A model generated the notes under the pieces. That model ran no database searches and was not told the origin of the DNA. It worked only from the letters and a program-made list of their open reading frames with translations. Shown here piece by piece: positions 48,293-57,069 of a stretch of DNA of 64,000 nucleotides. This DNA comes from Candidatus Limnocylindria bacterium. Its GTDB lineage: Bacteria > Chloroflexota > Limnocylindria > P2-11E. Every line of letters begins with the position of its first letter. Position 1 is the stretch's first letter. The translations under genes and the position numbers were made by a program. The stretch is from the NCBI GenBank assembly GCA_035543375.1, contig DASZZF010000023.1, forward strand, positions 9,538 through 73,537, given 5' to 3'.

Positions 48293-48745
48293 ATGTGGAC
48301 CAAAGACGGATTCAGCATCTCAACGGACGCGTCGCACCTCCACATCGAGACCATCTATCGATTCCTCCACGACAACGCGTACTGGTCGAAAGGCATTCCG
48401 CGCGAGATCGTCGAGCGCGCGATCGCGAGCTCGCTGAATTTCGGGCTCTTCGACGGCGATCCCGCTCGCGGAAGGGCGACGCAGGCCGGATTCGCGCGCG
48501 TCGTGACCGACGGAGCGACGTTCGCGTGGCTGTGCGATGTATTCGTGCTGCCGGCGTATCGCGGCCGCGGTCTTGGCGAGTGGCTCGTCGCGACGGTCGC
48601 CGCACACCCGGACCTGCAGGTCCAGCGCGCCTTCGTCCTCGCGACTCGCGATGCCCGCAGCCTCTATGAGAAGTTCGGCTGGGAGCCGGTCGAGGCCGGA
48701 CGCTTCATGCGGATCCATCGGCCGTACCAGGAGCCTGCGGGCTAG
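48293..48745 (+). CDS. GNAT-family N-acetyltransferase
   Basis: FSISTD...IYRFL...AYWS.G.P.E.....I..SL.FG.F........GFARVVTD.AT.AWL.DVFVLP.YRGRGLG..L. An alternative ATG lies at 48251. Confidence 0.8.
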   Translation: MWTKDGFSISTDASHLHIETIYRFLHDNAYWSKGIPREIVERAIASSLNFGLFDGDPARGRATQAGFARVVTDGATFAWLCDVFVLPAYRGRGLGEWLVATVAAHPDLQVQRAFVLATRDARSLYEKFGWEPVEAGRFMRIHRPYQEPAG

Positions 48746-48855
48746 AGCCGCCGAAGCCAGTCGTGGTCGAGCGCCCCCGCCGCGGGCCGGTTCGAGAGCG
48801 CAAGCGCAAGACCGATCGCGATGCCGATGACGAATGTCCCGATCTCCATGCCCAT
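48742..48855 (-). CDS. possible 37-aa small membrane peptide MGMEIGTFVIGIAIGLALALSNRPAAGALDHDWLRRL
   Basis: High GC3 and one hydrophobic helix. Lies in the 170-nt gap between the GNAT and acyl-CoA dehydrogenase genes. Weak SD. Confidence 0.2.
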   Translation of the reverse strand: MGMEIGTFVIGIAIGLALALSNRPAAGALDHDWLRRL

Positions 48856-48914
48856 AGAACGACCGTCGGGCCTCAGGCGTGAGGTCAAGGGGACGCGTCT
48901 TCCGTAGACTCGAC

Positions 48915-50072
48915 ATGATGGACTTCGACCTCACGCCCGAGCAGGAGCAGATCCGCAGGCTGGCGCGCGACTTCGCCGACGCGGAGATCGCACCGGGCGC
49001 GCGCGAGCGCGACCGGGCCGAGACATTCCCGGCCGACATCCTGAAGAAGATGGCGCCGCTCGGCTTCCTCGGCGGACCCCTGCCCGAGGAATACGGCGGC
49101 ATCGGCCTCGACTACATCTCCCACGCGCTCGCGATCGAGGAGTTCGGGCGCGTCGACTCGTCCGTCCGCACGACCCTCTCGGTCCAGATCTCCCTCGTCG
49201 AGCTCACCATCCTCCGCTGGGGCACCGACCTGCAGAAGCGCCGATTCCTACCCCCGCTCTGCACGGGCGAGATTATCGGCTGCTTCGGGCTCACCGAGCC
49301 CGAGGTCGGCAGCGACGCGACGAAGCTCCGCACGAGCGCGAAACGCGACGGGACCGATTGGATCCTGCGCGGCCGCAAGACCTGGATCAGCAACGGGAGC
49401 GTCAGCGGGCTCGCGCTCGTGTTCGCGCAGACGGACCCATCGCTCGGACACAAGGGCATCGCCGCGTTTCTGCTGGACCGGGCCAAGCAGCCGTACGGCA
49501 GCGCCCGTCTGCACGGGAAGCTCGGGCTGCGGTCGAGCGATTCGTCGGAGTTGATCCTCGACGACGTGCGCGTCCCCGACGCGAACCGCCTCGGCGAGGT
49601 CGGCCACGGCTTCAAGATCGCGATGAGCGCGCTGGATTCCGGCCGCTACTCCGTGGCGGCGGGGGCCGTGGGTGTCGCGCAAGCCTGCATCAACGCGTCG
49701 GTCGCGTACGCGACGCAGCGCCACACCTTTGGCAAGCCGATCGCGGGCCACCAGCTCATCCAAGAGCTGATCGCGGACATGGTGGTGGAGACCGAGGCGG
49801 CCCGGCTGCTCCTCTGGCGCGCCGGCGATCTCAAGAACAAGGGCCGCCCGAACACGCGCGAGACGAGCATCGCGAAGCTTTATGCCTCCGAGGCCGCGCA
49901 ACGCGCCGCGGACGGAGCGATCCAGATCCACGGCGGCTACGGCTTCTCCGACGAATTCCCGGTCGAGCGCTTCTGGCGTGACGCGCGGGTCAATCGTCTC
50001 TACGAGGGCACGACCCAGATCCAGAAGCTCATCATCGGCCGCTTCGCGACCGGCATCGACGCGATCGGGTGA
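48915..50072 (+). CDS. acyl-CoA dehydrogenase
   Basis: MMDFDLTPEQEQIR...GCFGLTEPEVGSDA...WISNG...QIHGGYGFSDEFPVERFWRDARV..LYEGT.QIQ. Confidence 0.9.
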   Translation: MMDFDLTPEQEQIRRLARDFADAEIAPGARERDRAETFPADILKKMAPLGFLGGPLPEEYGGIGLDYISHALAIEEFGRVDSSVRTTLSVQISLVELTILRWGTDLQKRRFLPPLCTGEIIGCFGLTEPEVGSDATKLRTSAKRDGTDWILRGRKTWISNGSVSGLALVFAQTDPSLGHKGIAAFLLDRAKQPYGSARLHGKLGLRSSDSSELILDDVRVPDANRLGEVGHGFKIAMSALDSGRYSVAAGAVGVAQACINASVAYATQRHTFGKPIAGHQLIQELIADMVVETEAARLLLWRAGDLKNKGRPNTRETSIAKLYASEAAQRAADGAIQIHGGYGFSDEFPVERFWRDARVNRLYEGTTQIQKLIIGRFATGIDAIG

Positions 50073-50413
50073 ACGAAGCCGATGGCACGATGTCGACGAT
50101 GCCCACGATGGAGTGGAGCGCCGGCGCCCAGCGCACGCTTCGCGCGCTCGTCGACATGGTCCCGGCCACGCTCCGCGAGCTCGCCGAGGCCGCTGCCCGC
50201 GACGAGAGCGAGGTCGTCGCGTCGGAGCGGAGCGCGGCCGAGGTCGCCGGGGACGATGTCGTTCGCGGCTGGATCCATACCACGCCGCCGGAGCAGCGCG
50301 ATGGCCTCGTCGCGGTGATCGATGAACTCGGCTACGAGGTCGAGCTGTTCGCCGACGACCTTCAGTCGGCCGAAGGCTGGTCCGACCAGGAGTCCGAACC
50401 CGACGCCAGGTGA
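50069..50413 (+). CDS. hypothetical acidic protein
   Basis: GTGA overlap with the acyl-CoA dehydrogenase stop. Weak resemblance to small PCP-reductase-like helical domains (W..GA...L...VP......A...E). Unverified. Confidence 0.4.
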   Translation: MNEADGTMSTMPTMEWSAGAQRTLRALVDMVPATLRELAEAAARDESEVVASERSAAEVAGDDVVRGWIHTTPPEQRDGLVAVIDELGYEVELFADDLQSAEGWSDQESEPDAR

Positions 50414-51267
50414 CTCCGCTCGCGTCGGGCGAGGGCCTCACCGATCGTCTCGGGCGCCCCGTCCATCGCGAGGGTGAAGGTGGCCCGCGCATCGTCCAGG
50501 GCGCCGAGCTCCCGCAACGCCACGCCGCCGAGGTAACCGAGGAACGCACGCTCATCGACGGCGAGCTGCGCGTGCCGTTCATCGGCTTCGCTGAGCAGCG
50601 TACGTACTGTCGCCGCGTCGTCACGATAGGCAGCCGCGACCGCGCGCAGGGTCGCGGTCATCGCGGCGCGAGCCGGCGTGTCGGCCGGCAGCGTGCTCGC
50701 GAGCCAGGCACCGCGTTCGCGATCGCCCCCCAGGGCGACAAGCTCGCTCCAGGCGAGTGCCAGACGAACGTCGGGATGGTCCGGCAGGAGTGCCGCAGCC
50801 CGGCGCGCGTCAGCGACCTTGTTGAGCGCCGCGTACGACGCGACCAGCGCGACGGCGGCCTCGGGCTGGCGCCGCCAGCGGAGCGACCGTTCAAGGAGCG
50901 CGGCGGCCGACAGCGGGTCGCCGCTCGCGTAGAGGATCCGGCCGGCAAGCTCCTGGACCGGCGGGAACGCCGGGTAGCGGTCCATGACCGGTGCAATGAG
51001 CGAGCGGGCGCGAGCGACGTCGCCGGCCACGAGTGCCTGCTCACCTGACTCGATGACCCGAAGGAACAACCGGTAGCGCACCGCATACGCGACGATGCCG
51101 CCGCTGAAGCCGGCGGCCGCCACGAGCGCCGCGCCTGGGGCCAGCGGCGACCGCGCCGCGTACAGCGCCGCGTCCGCCACGAGCAGCCAGAACGCGCCGA
51201 ACCAGAGGCCCCGAATGACGCGATGGCCGCCCGGGCTGGACGCTTTCAACACGGTGGGCTTTTCCAC
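50362..51267 (-). CDS. membrane-anchored TPR-like repeat protein
   Basis: Two N-terminal TM helices (LWFGAFWLLVADAALY; ALVAAAGFSGGIVAYAV), then Ala/Leu/Arg-rich helical repeats. GTG start at 51267. Confidence 0.55.
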   Translation of the reverse strand: MEKPTVLKASSPGGHRVIRGLWFGAFWLLVADAALYAARSPLAPGAALVAAAGFSGGIVAYAVRYRLFLRVIESGEQALVAGDVARARSLIAPVMDRYPAFPPVQELAGRILYASGDPLSAAALLERSLRWRRQPEAAVALVASYAALNKVADARRAAALLPDHPDVRLALAWSELVALGGDRERGAWLASTLPADTPARAAMTATLRAVAAAYRDDAATVRTLLSEADERHAQLAVDERAFLGYLGGVALRELGALDDARATFTLAMDGAPETIGEALARRERSHLASGSDSWSDQPSAD

Positions 51268-51330
51268 AGGAATGGCCTCATTCGGCCTCCAAAGGGGGCT
51301 TTATCCACCGAATTCAGGGGCTTATCCACA
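51260..51330 (+). promoter_or_regulatory. three direct DnaA-box-like 9-mers (TTTTCCACA, TTATCCACC, TTATCCACA)
   Basis: Each is preceded by GGG(G)C(T). Start positions are 51260, 51301 and 51322, a spacing of 41 and 21 nt. The last is an exact TTATCCACA. The region is relatively AT-rich and lies upstream of, and over, the TPR-gene start. Confidence 0.4.
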
Positions 51331-51376
51331 GTGGGACTCCGCCGGAACGGAAGATGGTGTTCGCCCATCGCCCACG

Positions 51377-52522
51377 CTAGGCGTCGGCGAGCAGGGCGCC
51401 CGCGATGACTATCCGCTGGATCTCGCTGGTGCCCTCGTAGATGCGATAGATCCGGGCATCCCGGTACGCGCGCTCGATCCAGAGCTCGCGCATGTAGCCC
51501 ATTCCGCCATGGATCTGGACCGCGGCATCAGCGACCCGGCCGAGGAGCTCGGTCGCGAAGAGCTTGGTCATGGCCGCCCGGTCGGTGACGCGCAGCCCCC
51601 GATCGGCCCGCCAGGCGGCGTCATGGACCATCAACCGCGCCGCATGGATCTCGGTGGCGGCGTCGGCGAGCATCCACTGGATCGCCTGGTGCACCGCGAT
51701 CGGCTCCCCGAACTGGATCCGCGACTTCGCGTACCCGACCGAAGCCTCAAGCAGCCGCTGCGCCGCGCCGACCGCGTGCGCGGCGAGCCCCAGACGGCCG
51801 AGATCGAGCGTGCGGAGCGCGATCTTGAAGCCATCCCCCTCCTCGCCGATCCGCTGGGCCAGCGGCACGCGCAGCTCGTGGAAGTAGAGCTGCGCAGTGG
51901 TCGATCCATGCAGTCCCATCTTCTCGTCGTTCGGTCCGATCTCGAGGCCGGCTGCCCCGCGCTCGACCACGAACGCCGTGATGCCCTTCGGGCCCCGCTC
52001 CCGGTCGACGGTCGCGAAGACCGCGAAGAGGTCCGCGATCGGCGCGTTCGTGATGAAGGTCTTCGCGCCATCGATGACATACGCGTCCTCATTACGCCGC
52101 GCGGTCGTCTGCAGCCCACCGGCATCGCTTCCCGCACCAGGCTCCGAGAGCGCGTACGCGCCGATCTGTTTCGCACCGAGGATGCCCGGCAGGTACCGCT
52201 GCCGGAGCTCGTCGGAGCCGCCGATGTCGATCGCCGTCCCGCAGAGACCAGCCGACCCGCCGATGACGTTCCATAGCGAGGCGTTCGCGCGCGCGAGCTG
52301 TTCCACCGCGACGCAGTAGCCGAGCTTGCCGAACCCCTGACCGCCGATTTCTTCGCGGAAGCCGATCCCGAAGAGGCCCATCGCGGCCATCGCGTCGATG
52401 ACCTCGCGCGGGATGCGGTCCTCCCGCTCGATCGTCTCGGCGTGCGGCAGCAGCTGCTCGTCGACGAATGCGCGGACACTACGTTGCAGCAACAGCAGAT
52501 CGTCGGGAAGCGTCGTATCCAT
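51377..52522 (-). CDS. acyl-CoA dehydrogenase
   Basis: GAYALSEPGAGSDA...FITNA...QIHGGMGYMRE..IERAYRDARI.RIYEGTSEIQ. The ATG overlaps the thioesterase stop (ATGA). Confidence 0.9.
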   Translation of the reverse strand: MDTTLPDDLLLLQRSVRAFVDEQLLPHAETIEREDRIPREVIDAMAAMGLFGIGFREEIGGQGFGKLGYCVAVEQLARANASLWNVIGGSAGLCGTAIDIGGSDELRQRYLPGILGAKQIGAYALSEPGAGSDAGGLQTTARRNEDAYVIDGAKTFITNAPIADLFAVFATVDRERGPKGITAFVVERGAAGLEIGPNDEKMGLHGSTTAQLYFHELRVPLAQRIGEEGDGFKIALRTLDLGRLGLAAHAVGAAQRLLEASVGYAKSRIQFGEPIAVHQAIQWMLADAATEIHAARLMVHDAAWRADRGLRVTDRAAMTKLFATELLGRVADAAVQIHGGMGYMRELWIERAYRDARIYRIYEGTSEIQRIVIAGALLADA

Positions 52523-52938
52523 CAAGCCGGCCTTGTCCGTTCGAGCACCTCGCGCAGCTCCGTCGGGATCCGGGTGGGCCGGCCGGACGAACGGTCGAGC
52601 AGCACCTGGATCGTCATACCCGTCGCGCAGCGCAGTCCATCCACGCGGTCGAACGCGTACTCGAAGACCCACGACGAGTGGCGAATCTCGCCCACGCGCA
52701 CGCGGATGTCGAACTCGTCGTCGAAGCGGAGCGGCTTCTGATACCGGACGCTCGCCTCACTAATCGTGAAATCGAGCCCGTGCGCGAGCAGGTCGCGCCG
52801 ATAATCGACGCCGATCTCGCGCAGATACGCCATGCGGCCGACCTCGGCGAAGAGGAGGTAGTTCGCGTAGTAGACGACGGCCTGAAGATCGGTCTCGCCG
52901 AAGCGCACCCGCTGGCGGTGCGCGAACGGGTAGTCCAC
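52522..52938 (-). CDS. acyl-CoA thioesterase (4HBT/YbgC hotdog family)
   Basis: H...VRFGETDLQAVVYYANYL.F.E.....YLR..G has the catalytic Asp context of YbgC-type thioesterases. Confidence 0.85.
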   Translation of the reverse strand: MDYPFAHRQRVRFGETDLQAVVYYANYLLFAEVGRMAYLREIGVDYRRDLLAHGLDFTISEASVRYQKPLRFDDEFDIRVRVGEIRHSSWVFEYAFDRVDGLRCATGMTIQVLLDRSSGRPTRIPTELREVLERTRPA

Positions 52939-52991
52939 GCGGGGAGGCTAGCCGCTTGGCATGCCGTCTGCTCAGCGCGCAGGGCACGAAC

Positions 52992-53420
52992 ATGACGCCA
53001 GGATCCAACGTCGAACACGAGACTGAAGTTATCGAGCGACCGCACGTCGACCGCGTCGAGCGCGTGACCGAGCCGTCCGTCGCCGCTCCCGCGGGCCAGG
53101 TGAATGTCAACGTCAACCCGTCCGGCCCGGTGTGGACCGTGACGCGGGTCGTGACGCTGCTGTTCACCGTCCTTGAGGTGCTCCTGCTCGCGCGCTTCGC
53201 GCTGAAGCTCCTGGGCGCGAACGCCGGACAGCCGCTCGTGGCGACCCTGTACGGCGTCACCGAGCCGCTCGTCCGCCCGTTCCAGGGCATCTTCCCCCAG
53301 GCGAACGGTCCGGTCGTCATCGACCTGCCGGCGCTGCTCGCGATCGTGTTCCTGTTCCTCGTCGCGGCACTCATCGTCGCGCTCGTGCGGGCGATCGAGG
53401 GTCGGTCGGCCGCCGTCTAG
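52992..53420 (+). CDS. YggT-family membrane protein with N-terminal extension
   Basis: The C-terminal ~90 aa (LLFTVLEVLLLARFALKLLGAN....L...T.PLV.PF..I.P......DL..L.A) match the YggT pattern. Confidence 0.6.
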   Translation: MTPGSNVEHETEVIERPHVDRVERVTEPSVAAPAGQVNVNVNPSGPVWTVTRVVTLLFTVLEVLLLARFALKLLGANAGQPLVATLYGVTEPLVRPFQGIFPQANGPVVIDLPALLAIVFLFLVAALIVALVRAIEGRSAAV

Positions 53421-55354
53421 CGCGTCGCCGCGGCGCGGATCTCGTCGAGGGACCGCGGATCCTCGAGTGAGGACATGTCGCCGAGATCCGTCTTGCCGAG
53501 GTACGCGCCGCGGATGAGCCGCCGCAGGATCTTGCCGTTCCGCGTCTTCGGCAGCTGACCGACGAACTGCACCGACTTCGGCCGGAGGGGCTTCCCGAGC
53601 TGCTCGGCGATCGTGTCGGCCACCGCCCGTTGGAGCTCGGCGCTCGGCGTGACATTCGGCCGGGCCACCGCGAATACGACGATGGCCTCACCCTTCAGCT
53701 CGTCCGGCACGCCGATGGCGGCCGCCTCGCCGACCGCCGGGTGGGCGACCGCCGCCGATTCGACCTCCGCCGGCCCGACGCGCTTGCCGGCGATCTTCAA
53801 GGTGTCGTCACTGCGACCTTCGATGTACCAGAAGCCTTCCTCGTCGACACGCGCCCAATCGCCATGCACCCACACGTCGGTGAAGCGCGACCAGTAGGTC
53901 TCGAGATAGCGCTCGCGATCGTTCCAGAAGCCGCGCGTCATGCCCGGCCAGGGTGCCCGGATCACGAGCTCCCCGACCGCGCCGCGCACGGACCGTCCGG
54001 CCTCGTCCACGACGTCCGCCGCGATGCCCGGCACAGGACCGCGGAACGAGCCCGGCTGGATGTCCGTCCAGGTCGTGCAGCCGAGGATCCCCCCACCGAT
54101 CTCGGTGCCGCCCGAGTAGTTGATGATCGGACAACGCTCCTCGCCGACGGCGCGGAAGTACCACCACCACGGATCGGGGTTCCACGGCTCACCGGTGCTG
54201 CCCAGGACGAAGAGGCTCGAGCGGTCATGCTTCTTCACCGGCGCCTCGCCCGCGCGCATGAGGCCGCGGATCGCGGTCGGGGAGATGCCCAGCTGGGTGA
54301 CCCGATGGCGTTCGACCATCGACCAGATCCGTGACTCGTCCGGGAAGTCCGGCGTCCCGTCGTAGAGGACGATGGTGGCGCCGAGCATGAGACCGCCTGC
54401 GATGAGCCAGGGGCCCATCATCCAGCCGATGTCGCTGAACCAGAACACGACGTCTCCGGCCTGGACGTCGAAGCAGTGCGCGAGGTCCTGCGCCGCTTTC
54501 ACCGGGAAGCCGCCGTGCACGTGGACCGCACCCTTCGGGCGACCCGACGTTCCCGACGTGAAGATGATCATGAACGGGTCTTCGGCACTCGTGTCGTCCC
54601 AGGTGATCGGCGCGTCGCCGCGGCGCATGACCTCGGCCCAGGTCACGTCGCGGTCGCGCTTCGGATACGCGCGGCCGAGGCGCTCGGCGACGACGACCGT
54701 CTGCACCGATGGCGCGCCATCCGCCGCGATGTCGGCGGTCTCCTTCATCGGAACGACGCTCCCGCGCCGGTGGAAGCCGTCCGCGCAGATGAGGACGGAC
54801 GCCCCGCAGTCGCGGAGCCGGCCGGCGATCGCCTCTGCGCCGTAGCCGGAGAAGATCGGCATGTAGATCGCGCCGAGCGCGCCGGCGGCGAGCACCGCCA
54901 CGACGCATTCGATGCCCATCGGCAGGAAGATCCCGACGCGATCTCCCTTGCGTACCCCGAGGGACCGGAGGCCCGCCGCGCATCGCGCCACGTCCGAGCG
55001 GAGCTCGGCGAATGTCCGCTGCTCCACGGTACCGTCCTCTCGCTCGGCGATGAGCGCGAGCCGCGCCTCGCGGCCGTCTGCCTGAAGCGCCGTCGCGACG
55101 TAGTTCATGCGGCCGCCGGTCCACCAAGTGGTCCACTCGATGCCCTGCGAGCGATCCATCGCGCGCACGTACGGCTTCGCCCACGCGAGGCCGAGGTCAG
55201 TGTCGACGGCGCGCCAGAAGCGCTCGAGGTCATCGGTCGCCCAGCGCAACAGCGCGTCGTAGTCACGGATGCCATTGGCTTCGGCGAAGCGGCGAAGCCG
55301 GCTCCGCTCGAGATAGCGATCGCTCGGGGTCCACGCCGCCGACACGCGGGTCAC
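53417..55354 (-). CDS. AMP-forming acyl-CoA synthetase (acetate/acetoacetate-CoA ligase family)
   Basis: FTSGTSGRPKG (AMP-binding motif), GGTEIGG, TLKIAGKR.G, PKTRNGKILRR. The N-terminus W.PS.......L.RF...........Y..L..W...D...FW resembles acetoacetyl-CoA synthetases. GTG 55354. Confidence 0.85.
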   Translation of the reverse strand: MTRVSAAWTPSDRYLERSRLRRFAEANGIRDYDALLRWATDDLERFWRAVDTDLGLAWAKPYVRAMDRSQGIEWTTWWTGGRMNYVATALQADGREARLALIAEREDGTVEQRTFAELRSDVARCAAGLRSLGVRKGDRVGIFLPMGIECVVAVLAAGALGAIYMPIFSGYGAEAIAGRLRDCGASVLICADGFHRRGSVVPMKETADIAADGAPSVQTVVVAERLGRAYPKRDRDVTWAEVMRRGDAPITWDDTSAEDPFMIIFTSGTSGRPKGAVHVHGGFPVKAAQDLAHCFDVQAGDVVFWFSDIGWMMGPWLIAGGLMLGATIVLYDGTPDFPDESRIWSMVERHRVTQLGISPTAIRGLMRAGEAPVKKHDRSSLFVLGSTGEPWNPDPWWWYFRAVGEERCPIINYSGGTEIGGGILGCTTWTDIQPGSFRGPVPGIAADVVDEAGRSVRGAVGELVIRAPWPGMTRGFWNDRERYLETYWSRFTDVWVHGDWARVDEEGFWYIEGRSDDTLKIAGKRVGPAEVESAAVAHPAVGEAAAIGVPDELKGEAIVVFAVARPNVTPSAELQRAVADTIAEQLGKPLRPKSVQFVGQLPKTRNGKILRRLIRGAYLGKTDLGDMSSLEDPRSLDEIRAAATR

Positions 55355-55376
55355 TCTAGCGACGTATCGTCTCCGC

Positions 55377-56387
55377 GTGCCTGCGACGAAGGTCACCGCA
55401 ACGGCGAGCGCGGCTGAGAAAAAGAGCGTCCGCAAGACGACCCGCAAGCGCGGCCCCGCCGGGCCGCGCGGGCCCGAGGCGGTCGAGAGCGCGATCGCAC
55501 TCACCGACCCGGGCGTCGCGGAGCTCGTGGCGCGGATCACCAAGGCCGGCGGCGCCGCGCTCGGGGCGTATCGCGATCCGTACGCGGGATCGCCCCTGGT
55601 CCTCGCGAGCCTGCCCCTACGCGCGATCGAGGCGACCGCCTTCCAACGAGACCTCTCGCGCGTGCACGCCGACCGGCTGTCGGTCGCGATCGACGCGGTC
55701 GGCGTTTTCCTCGATCCGGTTATCGCGGTCGCGGCGAAGGACGGCTTCAGCTCGCCGAACGGCCGCCATCGTCTCGCGGCCGCGAAGAAGCTGGGCCTTC
55801 GCGCGGTGACCGCCCTGGTCGTCGCCGATCCGCAGATCGCGTATCGCATCCTCCCACTCAACACGGAGAAAGCGCACAACCTCCGCGACCGGAGCCTCGA
55901 GGTCATCCGCATGGCGCGCTCGCTCGCGAAGGAGCAGCCGCGGTCGCGGGAGATCGACCATACCGTCGCGTTCGAGTCGCCACTCTTCCTGACGCTCGGC
56001 ACGGCCTACGAGGAGCGGTCGCGCTTCGCCGGCTCGTCGTACCAGTCGATGCTGCGCCGTGTCGATATCTTCCTGGACGGGACGCTGCCTGCGGCGCTCC
56101 GCCAGCGCGATCAGTGGGGCCGCCGGCTGCTCGACATCGACGATCGCGTCGCCGTGCACATCAAGACGCTGCAGGACATGGGCTTCAAGAGCCCCTACCT
56201 GCGCGCGATCGTCGTCGCCCGCTGCAACCCGGTGCGCTGGATCCCGCAGAAGAAGGGCGCGCCGCCGCCGCTCACGATGGCCGAGGCGCTGGGCAAGATG
56301 GCCGCCAGCGTCCGGAAGTTCGATCCGAAGTCGGTACGCGCCGGCGACCTCGCGCTCGTGGCGGCCGTGTCCTCAGAGGAGGGGTAG
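55377..56387 (+). CDS. ParB/Sulfiredoxin-fold (ParB N-terminal domain-like) protein with a basic N-terminal tail
   Basis: LPLRAIEATAFQRD........L..AI...G.FLDP....A..DG...PNGRHRLAAAKKLG is a ParB/Srx GxxR-type motif. The Lys/Arg-rich first 35 aa form the tail. Confidence 0.65.
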   Translation: MPATKVTATASAAEKKSVRKTTRKRGPAGPRGPEAVESAIALTDPGVAELVARITKAGGAALGAYRDPYAGSPLVLASLPLRAIEATAFQRDLSRVHADRLSVAIDAVGVFLDPVIAVAAKDGFSSPNGRHRLAAAKKLGLRAVTALVVADPQIAYRILPLNTEKAHNLRDRSLEVIRMARSLAKEQPRSREIDHTVAFESPLFLTLGTAYEERSRFAGSSYQSMLRRVDIFLDGTLPAALRQRDQWGRRLLDIDDRVAVHIKTLQDMGFKSPYLRAIVVARCNPVRWIPQKKGAPPPLTMAEALGKMAASVRKFDPKSVRAGDLALVAAVSSEEG

Positions 56388-56409
56388 TCCGATAAAGCAT
56401 CGACCTGCC

Positions 56410-57069
56410 GTGACCGATGCAGCCGCGGCGTGGTCGGGTCTCGAACCACCTTGGCGGACGGCCTTCCAGCTCGCGTGGGAGTCGCTGTGCGCGGGCAGCG
56501 TGCCGGTCGGCGCGGTCGTCGTCGACTCGGCGGGATCGGTCGTCGCGTCCGGGCGATCGCGAGCTATGGAGCCCGCACCGGTCCCAGGCCAGCTCGCACA
56601 CACGACGGTGGCCCACGCCGAGATCAACGCCCTTGCGCGCCTGCCGCCTGGCCCGCACCCGGACTACACGGTCTACACGACGCTTGAGCCCTGCCTCATG
56701 TGCGCGGGGGCGCTCGTCGTCTCGCGGATCGGCGCGGTCCACTTCGCGGGCACCGATCCGCTGTGGGCCGGCATCGCGCGGCTCCCTGAGCTCAACCCGT
56801 TCGTGGCGGCCCGTTGGCCGAAGCGATCGGGGCCATTCTCCGATCCGTTCGGCGCCCTCGCGACGCTGCTGCCGCTGCTCTTTTATCTCGAGCGATACCC
56901 CGACGGGGGGAGCGCGGCGATCCATCGGATGGCGCTGCCGAACATCCGTCGGCTCGGCGACGAGCTGGTCGCCGCCGGCGATCCCCGACGGTGGCGCGAC
57001 CGGACGCTCGCGGTTGTCTTGGACGAGATCTGGCCGCGTCTCGACCGCGCCGCGCGGAGTGAACCTTGA
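56410..57069 (+). CDS. CMP/dCMP-type zinc deaminase (TadA/guanine-deaminase-like) with a ~85-aa C-terminal extension
   Basis: VPVGAVVVD..G.VVA.G.......HAEINAL.......TLEPCLMCAGAL contains HAE and PCxxC zinc ligands. GTG start 22 nt after the ParB-like stop. Confidence 0.8.
   Translation: MTDAAAAWSGLEPPWRTAFQLAWESLCAGSVPVGAVVVDSAGSVVASGRSRAMEPAPVPGQLAHTTVAHAEINALARLPPGPHPDYTVYTTLEPCLMCAGALVVSRIGAVHFAGTDPLWAGIARLPELNPFVAARWPKRSGPFSDPFGALATLLPLLFYLERYPDGGSAAIHRMALPNIRRLGDELVAAGDPRRWRDRTLAVVLDEIWPRLDRAARSEP

Noticed and set aside
48780-48800. GGCCGGTTCGAGAGC, which resembles a tRNA T-arm (GGTTCGA).
   Set aside because: No acceptor stem, anticodon arm or D-arm can be built around it. I found no tRNA, rRNA or tmRNA-like structure elsewhere by eye.
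51254-51332. The DnaA-box cluster interpreted as the chromosomal replication origin.
   Set aside because: There are only three boxes, no adjacent AT-rich unwinding element or repeated 13-mers, no dnaA, dnaN or rpmH genes, and the flanking genes belong to fatty-acid metabolism. It is kept only as a candidate regulatory or titration site.
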